From: Tubiluchus corallicola
Lineage: Eukaryota > Animalia > Priapulida
Direction: 5' to 3'
NCBI GenBank assembly: GCA_030141605.1
Contig: JAQGDQ010000009.1
Location: 1,426,001 to 1,490,000 of the forward strand
DNA length: 64,000 nucleotides
The notes beneath the pieces are model-generated. The model ran no database searches. It was not told the origin of the DNA and saw only the letters and a list, made by a program, of their open reading frames with translations. Shown in pieces: positions 1 to 13,224 of the stretch. How positions within the stretch are numbered: the first letter of the stretch is position 1; every line of letters starts with the position of its first letter. Both the position numbers and the translations under genes were made by a program.

Positions 1-107
1 AAACAGAGTAACGTACATGAATTGATGAATTGGCAGGTTCATAAACAATGACAAAATACCATTACATTATACACCATTGTAAGTGTAAGGATAAAAACTT
101 ACTCAAT

Positions 108-213
108 ATGAAAATTAATGTGCCTGACAATCTTAGGTTCAATGAAAATTAGTATTAAGTATGAAAATTAATGTGCCTGACAATCTTAGGTTGAATGGAA
201 ATTACTATTAATT
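108..213. repeat. 53-bp tandem duplication (2 copies)
   Basis: ATGAAAATTAATGTGCCTGACAATCTTAGGTT... begins at 108 and again at 161, with few mismatches. Confidence 0.9.
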
Positions 214-450
214 GTGATTGCTCATTAGTACACTTTCTAGAATCTAGATGTTTGCTGTGGCATTCGCGAACTCACTTTTCTCTGATTATTTTCTTTAATG
301 CGCAATTTTAACGAATATCCTCCATCACAAAGCTGTTTTTAATTCTGTGTCTCTCTATCGATCTTTATCTATTTCGTTGCCTATACTTTCAATGTTTTTC
401 ATACCCTTTCTTCTTTTCTCTGCAAACCCGGTATGCTTCGCATCAAGTAT

Positions 451-949
451 CTTCTTCTTCTTCCCATCTTTTCCCTATTCGGGGTCGCCGTTGTGAATGA
501 GTCTTCTCCACGCATTCCTGTTGTTGACCATCTCTTCATTTATGTCTTCCCTTCCCACAAGATCTTCACCGACTCTTCTTTTCAGGTGTCCATACCATCG
601 CAATCTTGCGAGGCTTCCACTACTTTTACTGTTCCTCTGATATTATTTTTTCTAATTTTATCTGTTCTTGTTATTCCCACCATCCATCTCAACATCCTCA
701 TCTCCACCACACCCATTTTCTTCTCTTTGGTCTTCTTCAGAGAAGCTGCTTCCAGCACATAGATTAGAGCGGGTCTGACCACTTCTTTGTGGACTTTCCC
801 TTTAAGTCTCACCGACTCATTCATAGAAGGTTTTGGCGCAGTTTTTACAGGCGGATGCCCTTCCTGACCCTAACTCTGCCTATTTATCCGGGCTTGGGAC
901 CGGCACTGAGTTTGGCTGGCTTGCCCCCCCCCCCCACAGTGGCTAGGTT
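451..949 (-). mobile_element. Non-autonomous, internally deleted RTE-clade non-LTR retrotransposon
   Basis: RTE ORF C-terminal peptides VRLKGKVHKEVVRPALIY...EMRMLRWMVGITRTDKIR and, in a shifted frame, RLRWYGHLKRR...AWRRLIHNGDPE*. It has a (GAA)n 3' tail and an RTE-like 5' UTR fused directly at ~825. The flanking direct repeat TTCGCATCAAGTAT lies at 437-450 and 948-961 (TSD 12-14 bp). Confidence 0.9.
872..949 (-). ncRNA. Twister-ribozyme-like motif (3' cleavage product, degenerate)
   Basis: The minus strand reads AA-CCUA-GC-CACUG...CAGUG-CCGGUCCCAAGCCCGGA-UAAA-UAGG. P2 (CCUA/UAGG), P3 (CACUG/CAGUG), P4 (CCGG/CCGG) and the core GCCGGUCCCAAGCCCGGAUAAA match known twister sequences. The following GAGGG reads CAGAG here and the 5' P1 strand is absent. 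Confidence 0.78.
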
Positions 950-3900
950 CGCATCAAGTATATTTAAGTATATTTACTTCTCAAGCATCCACTTACATAC
1001 TTGTTTTTTAAGGTTCTGATCTGATTATACATTGACATAGCTGTTCAAATATATGTAATTATTTGGTTCTAATAAACTTATAACTTATGTGGTTTATAAC
1101 ACTTGAGATGACGTAACTTTAACCTTCTGGAAAGCTACGGGTTCGACTCGGGAAATGAGCGTCGTAAGTTGGTGGCAGGTAACATAAGCGAAAAAAACAT
1201 TAACTACTAAAATTCATTACGATAAGTTTAAACTATCAAAAAGAAAGTTTCAATTCAAGGCTTCCAATTAAGCGATAGAAAATACTTTAGTCCATTGTAT
1301 GTTGATTATTTTAATACCATAACATACCATGACACTCTAACTATCTATTGAAATTCAATGGAATTAATGCTAAAGCCATTAAAATGTGGTCGTCTTTTAC
1401 TGAAAACAGGTACACCAGCCAACACTGAACGAAGAATCCGGACACGTTTTAGAATTTTTGATAATGTTACAGACAAACGCAGTAAGCTTTATATTAAGTC
1501 TTTTTTGAATACAATATCTTCAACATTTACGAGTATTTTTTTATTTTAATGTATTGTTTTTATTTTATTTCTTATAAAAATGTTTAATCATAAGTAATGC
1601 CTATCTACTATAATTTGCAGTTTACTGTCAACCCATAACCGAAATTTTCAACTCATATTTACTAGATAAGCATATTTCTAGAGCATTTGTGCAGGAAGCC
1701 TAAGATGACAAGATTCTAATGACCATGCTGATAACCAACGTACTGGTATGAGACGTAAGGTAAGCTGTTTAATGCGTAACTATGATAAACGTATCCAGGA
1801 CTATTTAGTCTATTTTCTAATTACACAAGAACCAACGAGGACCTCGTAGTAAAGGGTTACGTTAAAATTAAATCATATCTTTGCTCAGGACTCAAATAAT
1901 CAAGCACGTGCTGATCTAAACATAGTCAACGAATGGTCCATGACCCAGAACAGATCTCTGAGACCTTCGGACTGATGAATCTGCCACTGAGCTGCCACTG
2001 TGGACTTTCCAAACAAATTCCACCAGTTCAGAATTGAGGTTTTGTGTAGGAGTAAATACCGGACGCCAGCGCATTTTAAATGGCACACTTTCTAAACTCA
2101 GCACTGTGACAGAATCAAGACAGAAAGGCCGTGTGCGTGCTAAAGTTTGAGAGTGAGTAAGCTACACTAATCTTACATTCAAACTGTTAGCTGGTGATAT
2201 TATTGTAGTCACCAAACTAATTGCTGCCGAGCGAACGCCTGCATAACTTGTGTGTTACGTTAAGACCACAGTAAGTTGACTTAGCTTGATGATAGAAAAG
2301 TCGTTTCAGAAACAAATGCTTCCTCCTGTTCACATAAAACATGAAAAGGCCAAGTAAGGATAATCTAGCATGAATGTGAATACTGTTAAGCACACCAAAG
2401 CAAATGCAAATGAACAAAAAAGACCCACTATAAATGTGAACGCAGAATAGCAAATTTTTAATTTTTAAAGCTAATCACGCCATCCAGTTCATTCAGTGAA
2501 CTGCCTTACTGAGTGAGACAGGTTTGAACAGAGCCACTAGCAAGTAGAGACTCCACAGTCATAATCCCATAACTGAATAAATGTTCAGCAGTTCAGCGAA
2601 TAAATGCAAGTGTTTATATAACTAAAAAGTATATATATTTGTTACTATGTTGTTCTACGTAGTAACTTGTTACATGTTAATATAGGCTGCCGACTAAATG
2701 TGACCACAAATTAATAAATAAATGGAAAGTCATTATATAAATGTGAACGCTTATTTAATATTGTAATTAACGAAATGTTAACGCAGCTTGCTAACTGAGT
2801 AACGTGCCCCGTTCGGTCGACAGAAATGGAAAGTACACATTGCACCCAAAAAGAAGAAATCGAAAATAATCGCAGACATCTAAAACAAGCCCCTTTCCTG
2901 TTATCATAACAAACACAGATTTGCTTTACTTATTACGTAAACTGTTGTATGGGAAATGCATGCCAGCTGAGTGTTACGTAGATGCTGAAGCCATTTATAC
3001 AGGAAGCTGGGCCCGGGAAAGGGGAAGATGTTAGCTAATGAAGCCGTATTGAGAAACACATTGTGGTTTGTAATGGCATTTCAAATTTGTGCGTAGTAAA
3101 AATATATTCTTAATTTTGAATACAGCACTACGTGGGTGGAACGTGGGGTGAGTGGGACGTGGGTAGGATTATTGTTTATGTGTAACAGCTGCAAAAATAC
3201 AGTGCTACATATAGTTATAATTACGCAGAAGGTCACAATATAAGTGGGTGAATTTATGTATTTTGAACGTACTATAATACACTTCTGCTCTTTGTATTCG
3301 ATTGAAAAAAACTGATGTTAAATCATTTCGTTTTACATAATTCCCATAAGCCTAATTATTTGGGTTAATGGTGTGAAAACTGCGACAGTCCATTTAACGG
3401 GGAATTGGCATTTTCACAATCTGATATATTCACCATCTAGGTCACAGCAATAAATGGCTTAATTACTGACTATAGGCTTAATTACTTACCTATGGCTACA
3501 GTGATATTAATTCTGGTTGCCTTTAATTAGCTGACAGCAAGACATCCTGGCCATAATTCATTTTCTTTTAAACTAAGTTAATTAGTCAAACCCAGGCGGA
3601 CCATTATTCTGTGATATGAGACTCTGCCACGTTTTTCGCACTTATATCATTAAACTAATGTACTAGTTTTGTCTTAATTTAAATGCTACCCATTTCTGAA
3701 TTTCAATTCTAATTAACAAGTTTATAAAATAGGAAAATCAATAAAATAAAAATGTAAGGATGCAATGATAGGTACAAGATCGGCTAATTTCTGATTGTTT
3801 TCTCGCTGCGTTAAATTGCAGAGGAACACGATGTTTAGTTGATAAATGTAAAAAATGTTTATGCAATTATTTTATAAGTAAACAGCAAATGCAGATGCAG

Positions 3901-6900
3901 TGGGACGGATTCAGTACGTTGTATAATGCGCTGTCAATCCAACATCCGTTCGTCAGGAGAACGAAAAAAGCTGAGATGAGGTCCTGTTTAAAGAAGAATC
4001 CAAAACGTCTGAGTGCTCACAGTTTTGCCAAACAACTACGGAATGCAATAGTAAAGGATGTTTCTACGCTTAGCCAAACTCATCCTGATTATATTCGGAT
4101 TTGCACCCATCTACGTGACAGCTTTATCAATCAATTCCTGGAATGGCTTGAATGGAGAGGAAAAAAGAGACGAAAATAGAAGCTGTAGCGCTTGGGCAAA
4201 ATCATGTGGGACGTACGCACTCTCTACAGCTAGTAAATGATTTACATAACGATATGTTATGAACCAAAACATGTTCGTGTTTTCATGAAATTTTTATAAT
4301 TTTTTAATTATTAATTAAAGAATGAAAACAGGAGAACGGTTTAATTCCGCCTCAGAGCATAAAATAACTTAACTGCACTTGATTGCGTTCTATATTTATT
4401 TAAAGTTTAAAATTACTTAGCAAAAATATCAATACAAGAAAACACTCTCGCAAAATTAGGTCCTTAGACAAATTAAGGTCCCTAGATAAGATAAGAATCA
4501 ATAGAAAGAAATCTACCTAAAGCTAAAAAAGACACAAATAATTTTTTCATCAAATTTTATTTTCAGTTAGCTTGTCCTGGAGCGTTTCATGATGAAGACA
4601 AAATCAGCTCACACTGGATAACTGGAATTACCATATTTGGAATACACTTAATTTTAACTACCTATTACTCACCTGAGCAAATTTACACGAGAAATCACAT
4701 GTTCCTGTGATTGTCCTGTTCACTCTGTCATACACATTTGTTGTATTCTGCAAAAACGAAAGCAAATTGAATAATATTCCTAATTCTTCTTTTTAAATCA
4801 CAATTAATTAATTATTGCCAGCATTAAATGCGAAATTGATGACAGCGAATAGGCCTACCAACAATTTATACAGTTTAAGCTGTGCAAAATTTCTGAAAAG
4901 CATAAATTTAATCACCATCCAAATATCTAATTTTATTTGCCACCTACAAAGTATAGGAATCATTTGTGACCAACACAAGAAAGGTGCATTGCTATAGCAA
5001 AAGTCACACATGTACAGCACAAGTAAATAAATAGACAAATAGGTTCATTAGTACCCAACTAATGAAATAATTTTATATTTTATTAATTCATTGCAAATAA
5101 AAACAGCTAATGTAAGGATGTCCAATGACACTGTATTTAATATTAGAAACTGTATATTGGTAGTCCTTAGACAGATATCGTGTTGTTAATGGATTCGCAT
5201 GCATTTTTTTATTGTATTTACTCTTAAAACGTATTACAAACAGCTGAAACTAGTTAACAAATACACAGAAAGGGATTTTTATAGGTGCAACAATCATAAC
5301 ATTTGCGCACCTACACGCTTTTGATCACAGCCACTAAATTTTCAATTTCAATTGCACTACTACACAGGAGTATGTATGTTCAAGTTGTTAGCTAGGGTGA
5401 ACCATTTTCTTTGGTTATTTTATATAACAGCATTTACTGACGTAAACCGTCTAATCAAGTAAACATGTGAAAATCATTTAACAGCAAGAAGCCGCAGTTT
5501 GAAGAAAGCGTGTAATAATTGCACTAGACGCCATGCAGAACTATTACAGATTATAGACGGGCATGCATGAAATCACGTCAATTCTATGGTATAGTTTTAA
5601 TTATTCGCAATGATGACGTAAAATAATCTGCATTTTAGAATTGACTTTATTCGCCATCACATAGTTTTCACAGGTGCTACAGCTATGTGATCTTTGTTAT
5701 TATTATTAGAACCCTGTTAAAGTTTTTCGTCATGTCATACTATGTATAATTGTATCTACAGCATTACAGACGTATACAGTGCTCCATATTTCCATCTCGT
5801 AACATTGTAAGCTACTATCTTTGGATAGTCGTTATAACTTGGCGAAAATCTTAAGCCTGTTTCAAGAACAGAAAGACCGGGGGTTATCGTCGTCATAGTT
5901 TAAAAAAAGCGGGAGGAATGATATAAAACGTCGACCTCTATACAGTGTTAAAGAAATTTCATATAACAGGACGCAATGCATTGACGTCATAAAGTAAGCC
6001 CCTTGTAAGTTGTAGTGAAAACCATTTTTTTTAATTTGAGGCCAAGTTTAATAATTGTTTTTATGGCCAGTCGCTATTATGGCCTCTGTTCTATTATTAA
6101 CAATTAGAGCAAAGTATATAGCTGCGTGGTCATGGTACTGAATAGCTGAAGGTAAACAATGTCGAGTCTGCGTGGTCAGTAATAGATAGGCGACCAAAGA
6201 AAAATTCCCCAAGGAGGTTTTACACACCATATACTGTATCCAGCTATTAACCTCCTTAAGAAAGGGTGAAAAGCTTGTTAAGGGTTCTCTATCACGTCAG
6301 TGTCCCAGCTTAGAGAATTATGCATAAAGACAGCTGGGTTCTGGTCCTGTTGCTCTGATCTAAATAGAGGTGCAGCCACTGAGTACTAGATCTCGGCTTG
6401 AATTTGCAGTGTACAAGTTAAACTGCACAAAAAATTATAGTAAAAACAGTACGTTTATCACGATTTTCATATAAATAACACAGAGATTTTCATATAAACA
6501 ATTGCTATAAACGTCAAAACTGGCAGCAATCACATGGCCATTTTTGTAATCATTCAACATAAACTTACTGTGTTTAGAAAAGAATTCAACTTCAAGGTGA
6601 TTTATTTGCATGACCAAAGAAACTTAAAAAATTGTTTGTGTTTAAGCAAGCAGTAAATGAAAAACCCGATAATTTGTATGAATTTTAAAATGCTGAAAAT
6701 CGCGCTTATGGCCATAAAAATGCTAAAACAATTATACGCTTAAAAACTTAACATGTACACAGACTTAATGTTAATCATTAGACTTATGCAATAACATACT
6801 AACGTTCGTAAAACATTTTATCAATCATAGAACCGGAACTTAAACTACGTCATCAAAAATTCCGACAAATCGCCTGCGGCGCGAATCAAAAACTTTTCAA

Positions 6901-8849
6901 TAAAGCTTCCAAAGTTCTCAAACTGCTTTTATAAACATGTATTCACATATATACTTACTGAAATTGTGTAACATTGTTCCCTACACGCTAGTTCACTAGC
7001 ATCCGTTATTATTAATGTTGAAAACACATACAATAACACAAATTTAATTATATTAATCAGGGAAAAATCCATCACTCCATTCCCTCTCACTAATCTCGCG
7101 CCATGTTTCCAGCGCGTAGGCGTTTGCATGCCATGAAGACGCTGGTAGTCATTGCGTTAATGTGGGCTAGCGAGTAGAGGTACCCATGAAGCTGTTATCT
7201 GAAGCTCCTCTGCCTGTCTAATTATGCAAGGAGTTATATTTAACGACGTATCTTTAATGGCGTTGTTGACAAATGAAGATCAATGATTATGACGCGCAAT
7301 AATAGCTGGTGTCAGCTAATTTGGGGCGAGGTAATGACCCACTGGTCATTTTGACGACTACAGTAGACTAGTGGTCATCCGTGTGCGATTAGTGGCCAAA
7401 ATTCAGCAATGCCGAGTTCGGTTATTCAGTAAATAGGTGTATAAACTGTTTCCGAACAATTTCATACAGCTCTCACACTGCTTACCCCATCATTATTTGC
7501 CTCGTTGACGGAGTCTTACAGGGAGAACGTACAAACATTGAAAAGTTGCTGAGGCACTTCAGCCGGCACAGTGTCTCATCTTAGTGAGTTGTCCTACGAG
7601 GTAACGAATAGATTCTGGTCGTGCCACAAACGTACATGTATTTTGTGTAGGTCCTACCTTAGCACTGGTGGATACCTGTTTACAGAATGCGAAACAATAT
7701 AAGAAATGTTTGAGCCTTGTACAATAAAAGTTCATAGCTTGGCAAGGGAGATCTTAGTACTGACCTCACCCGGGCGCTATGTCACCTCTGTTTTGTTAGA
7801 AATGTGAGAAAAAATATTCGTGTAGTCATTTCTTTCTTTGTATTTTTGATTTATTTTTTATGTACAAAAATCAGACGTATTCCAAATTTCAAGAAGCTTG
7901 CAGGCGTGTAAAGGAAAATATTTTACTCGATTTGTGGCACCATCTATCGGAATGGCTTGCAACATCTATGTGATTGTTAATTACCAAACTCTCAAAAGTG
8001 CAAATGATATGCTCTATATGCTAAATATTTTACAGATTATTTTATTTTGTCCATCTAAATCAGTTAAGAATCAAAATTAGTTGAACCACGTAGATTTAAG
8101 ATCAATTTCTTACAACAACACTGAACAACTACAGTTAATTGTGCAGAGGGCAGGCCTATCTGTAAAGTTTATGCAGGAATGGTATAAGAAAAAGCTTATA
8201 AAGCAAATCCCAACTTAATTAATAAGACGCAGATGGACTTCCAGTAGCTACTTACTCATCTGGCAGACAATCCTACAAAATGATTTGTGGGTGGATTAAA
8301 AATGGTCAATCGCATTGGAATGTGCTGCTATCTAACGGCGGTTTTCTTCATTTAATTTTGCACATCCAGTAGCCTGGCATGATTTGCTGCCATCGTGCCT
8401 TGCTACCCCAATGTTGCAGTTTTTTAATTTACAGGTTTTTATTTCTATTGTTTCCAAAATTTTAAATTTTTAGCAAGATTTGAAACATGCAGTCGTCTAA
8501 GTGATAACCAATGAAAATAATAATGTTAAAGTTAAGTGATACCAGATCTGATGTGACGATATTAGCATGAAAGCGATGATGGTGCAAACTACATTTAGTT
8601 AAATTTTGAAATCGATCTTAAATTGACAGGAAATATGAAAAGTTAGGATGTAGAAAACATGGATTTGAATTAGAAACCTTTCGCTTATACTTTAGATCAC
8701 CTTTCCCGATCTCTTAGATCACTAAGCAACTCTATCGGCAGTTATCAAGGTACAAATGTTCATTACTAATAACTAACCAACTATTTTCAGCATTTAAGAT
8801 CACTTACACAACAATGATTCTAAGTAAATAATCTAACACGATTGGAGGG

Positions 8850-8915
8850 GATACGAAGACCAAGTGGGTTAAACCATCTGCCTAGTAAGCAGAGGTCCCC
8901 TTTTCAAGTCAAAAT
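8850..8915 (+). pseudogene. Degenerate tRNA-Thr(AGT)-like sequence (pseudogene or SINE head)
   Basis: D-loop-like AGTGGGTTAAA and a perfect anticodon arm TCTGC-CTAGTAA-GCAGA (8877-8893). The T arm and acceptor stem are decayed. Confidence 0.45.
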
Positions 8916-11152
8916 TGCGTTACAACGCTTTCACATTTTCAGTCTTTCAAAGCACAAGAAAACCTCCCATACACACGAAGCTTAAATGATTCGTCTTGAA
9001 ATCACTTACCTACTGCCTTTTTATATACAGGACTTCAATCGGCAGTAACTGTGTATAAAACATGTAAATTTTAACTTCCACGATGACTGTTAGACGCAGA
9101 CATTTTGACGACAGGTCATTTGAAACAAGTTTTGATAATAAAGTGTAAATTTTGAAAAAATAATCAGAACCTTCCTAGCGCACACGTCACTAATTAAATA
9201 AAATTTTTAATTCCTATATCTTGCCAATAAGATCAAAAATAAGTTTTTGGTTAGTGAGTGGTGCACCATGGAGCGTGAGTCAGCGACATTTTACCAATTG
9301 GTGAACACATTTTAAGTAATGAATAATTTTCTTTTCTAGTTACATAAGTCTTTCCAGCAGGTAAGCAAAATGCTAAGTAATAGAGATTTGCATGGAAAGT
9401 TTTTTGGGACATAATTTAACGTTGCCTTTTCTTCCCCTTATTTACGTTTGTGTAGTGACGTTATGTAATGGCGCCGTCGGAACAGTATTGCAGGAGATTT
9501 AAAATGAAAACAAACGAAAATTCCCTTTAACGCGAGTGCGATATACGCATAAAACTGCTGCAAAGTAATATAATTTTCTAAGGCGAATTTTCTGAAACCT
9601 ACTTCAGGTACCCATTTTCTTGTCCTTTAAGTTTGGTATCAAAATTTAATTAATTGTGGATTTATACCATCTCTGTAATAACCTTGGCATTAAGATTAAA
9701 AAATAATTAATGAAGGCAATGTGAGGAAACAAGTACTTTTACTAAACTAATAGTGTATATAACTTGCATCGTAAGAAATAGTGTTGCTTACAAAGTTGTG
9801 TTGTAGTTGCCTACTACAACAACTAGCTATTTAATAATTCATACCGCCTAGTTGTCGTAATTAACTATTATTTACACATCATTGTGAATAAACACTAACT
9901 GTGGGTGGCGAACAAGCAGCTAGGCTAACTTGCTAGCGGTTAGTCCTATTGATTGCAATTGTCACACAAACAACTGATACAACAAATTTTGCTAACTGAA
10001 ACAATCACTTCATGACCAAAGTGAGAACTTTATAATGATGTTTTCAGCTCAGTAAACAAGCGCATCAAAAAAGGCATTTGATCAGCTGCCTGTGAAGTAT
10101 ATTACAACAATCCCACGCACAATTATTCTTTTTGTATCTTGCCGATAAATAAATTTCATTCTATAACGTTACTCAATTGACGTACAATGCAGCATAACTT
10201 ATTATAAGAAACGTAGAATCTCTAACAATGATAATTTAATTAAATAAAATTGTTGCACTGGGTTATATTGTATTTGCTTAAGCGTTAAACTAATTTACAC
10301 GTTACATTACATTACATTTTGTTACATTGCATTACGTTACGTTACGGTACATTATACATGTAGATTTCTTTCTTTGTCTGTGTAGGTGCATGTGCACCCT
10401 AAATTACAGCAACATTGCAAATTTATTTGATTGAGAATTATTGTCAACTGGAAATTTCATTTATGACTGTATGCATGGATTTTTAACTAAATAGTATAGG
10501 TTTTTATTAGCGGACTTATTAACTGCATCATTGTGATTATCATATAGGTAAAATATTTTTTATACAAATGTGTGCAAATGTTTATTTATTAGCTTTTCTC
10601 GTTTCATACATTTTAAAACTAAATTTGTGTAACTATGTATACCTTGTGCAGCTATGTTGGGTCAAATGGTTAGTATAACCTGGAAATCATTACCCGAGTT
10701 CTGCCCGCTGATAAAACCATCGGGTATACGTTGATTTTGTAATTTTCGTGTAAGAAATTTTATTTTCAGAAATAAAATATCTATCTATGTCTTGATGCAA
10801 AGGATTCGCTTTATGTTGCATAACATAGTACTATAATTACAAAACATTTATTAAGAATGAACAACCGCGTCAATTCAAATCAGCTTTTCGACAGTTTTTA
10901 TATCCCGTATATATGACAACTGTATCAGCAATTTTAGCATTTTATCGCACGTGTGTTGTGTCGTCTATCCGCTTTTGCAGTAAGTCTTGATAGTAAGGCA
11001 AAACGTTGAGTTGAAAAACCATAATTATTGTGGTTCTTTACCTAAAAATGTGCTGTAATAGTTAATAATAACTATGACATAATAATATTATTATAAATAA
11101 ATATTATATAATAGTTACACATACTGTACTTTAAATGATACTTTATCATTAA

Positions 11153-11240
11153 TCTTCTCCTCTTTCTCTATCGTTCTCCTTCTCCCCCTTTCTCTCCCGT
11201 CCTCCCGTCCTCTTACTATCCTCTCTCTCTTTTCTCTCGC

Positions 11241-11334
<94 letters not shown>

Positions 11335-11345
11335 CCTCCCTCTGT
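11153..11345. repeat. (CT)n microsatellite / polypyrimidine tract
   Basis: Visible directly. Confidence 0.95.
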
Positions 11346-12821
11346 CTGTAATACCCTATCACTTTACGAGTTACCACCTGCTGAATGCATTTCGTACTCA
11401 TATTTCTTGTCGCATGTAACTGTAAGTTAGAGTTGTTGATTGTATCAAGCAAATTAATAACCCTTAATCTATGATTGAAAATTCTGGCTACCAGTTTAAT
11501 AATACCGGAAGAAAGTTTCAGCTTTACGACGTGTATAGCAACATTAGGACTTCCGCGTTAATTTCCTCCACATTAATGGCGTCAAGACAAATTAGTTTTT
11601 GCCACGAATTCACTTACATTTTCACCTGCCTTGTCCAGATAGCGTAATTATTAGCGCTTTGCAGTTGCAATGCTGATTTAAAGACTGAAGCCACTAGTTT
11701 AAGATTTTTCAATACGTTACTATAGTTGAGAATTGATGCAAAATGTTTTGATCACCACGCATGAACTTGACAAAATAAATCCGTAAAGTCACTGTTCGTT
11801 CTGGTCTATTTTTGCGTTTAGTTTATTTCATTTCTTTTAACTTCATTGCTTGTCGTTTTATTTCGCTTTATTCCACTTATTTCAAATCTCTAATCAAATT
11901 TATTAGACAGTTAGTTAATTAATTACGTTTTAAAATGTTATTTTATTTTTTGCATTTATTTTATTTTATTTATTTTATTTTTTATTTATATTTATATTTT
12001 TATTCTATTTATATTTATATTTTGTTTTACTTTTTTATTTTATTTTTAAATACTCCAGAGTATTCATGTATACGGTTTGCCTTTCGCTTAAAATTTTCTG
12101 ATGTCTGCAATTGTGTTTCAATTAACGAAGTCACTTATTTAATTAAAAATGGCAACAATTACAGTCATAAATTCTCACTTCCTCAGTCGAAATAAATAAA
12201 TAAGACGAACTAAACTACAAACTTGTATGAAACCATGCATAAATAACACTTTTAAAAAACAAAAAATTCAAAGAATAATAAATATTTCTCCTTCACGTAA
12301 ATCTATATGCAATTATGCATACTGTCAAATCAGCGCTCAAGGTTCCATACAGTCTTTATAACTCGAGTAGGGAACAACCTGTGGTTAGGCGCAATTTTTG
12401 CAGTAAGTACTTCTGGGCGCATAGATTATAAGATACAGTAACAATTTCAGACACCAGCAGATTTCAGGGACAATAGTATTAATTTGCGAAACTACAATAA
12501 TAATTATATCCTGCTCTTCCTCATTTAAATAGCAGTGGTTAAACAAAGACTTGACTTTGACTGACAACAAAATCGGGATGGACGAAGAAAATTGCACCGA
12601 AAAACTTGCGAATGAATAGAGAAATGAATTCCTTCCTGTGCGTTTCGTGCGTCTGTTTCTTACAGAAGTCCTGAGCAAATAAGATATGTGTAGTCGATAG
12701 CTAAATGACCTGCTGTTAGTTTTATTTATTTGACAAGTACTACGGCACACATTTATGGGAAATTGTAGCAGTACCATGCATGTTCTGTTTTAAATAACCA
12801 TCACTTTGGTTATTTGATTCA

Positions 12822-13133
12822 GAGCAGACGGTTTAGTCTAGGCGAGACGGTTTAGTCTTAGACCAGACGCTTTAGTCTAGTGGAGGTGTCCGCTTTCCAT
12901 CTGGAAGGTGGTGAGTTCGATACAACGGCCTGGTGTACCAAGAGACTTTGGTCATACCAAAGACTTTAAAAATGGTACCAGCTGTTGCCCTGCTTGGCGC
13001 GTGTTATTTAGGGTAAAAGTGGGGTAATGATAGTCTCTGTTATGTAGTTGTATATTGATATTTACAGTTTCGGCCCAAAAGCTCTTTGAAGTTTATGTTA
13101 ATTGTTCATTCTAAAAACGGACTTTAAATAAAG

Positions 13134-13224
<91 letters not shown>
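12822..13224 (+). mobile_element. tRNA-derived SINE with a conserved central domain (Meta-SINE-like) and (ATT)n tail
   Basis: A box TAGTCTAGTGG, B box GAGTTCGATAC (12913-12923), central GGTCATACCAAAGACTTTAAAAATGGTACC...CCTGCTTGGCGC, and a 3' GACTTTAAATAAAG followed by (ATT)n at 13137-13224. The superfamily name is from recollection. Confidence 0.7.

Noticed and set aside
433-762. 109-aa hydrophobic plus-strand ORF
   Set aside because: It is the antisense reading of the RTE fragment.
1965-2030. CTGATGA as a hammerhead ribozyme core
   Set aside because: No appropriately placed GAAA or flanking stems.
3889-4179. 96-aa plus-strand ATG ORF
   Set aside because: No recognisable homology or supporting signals. 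It cannot be excluded without a search.
5408-5418. TCTTTGGTTAT matching the 5' half of mature miR-9
   Set aside because: The match stops after 11 nt and no precursor hairpin is evident.
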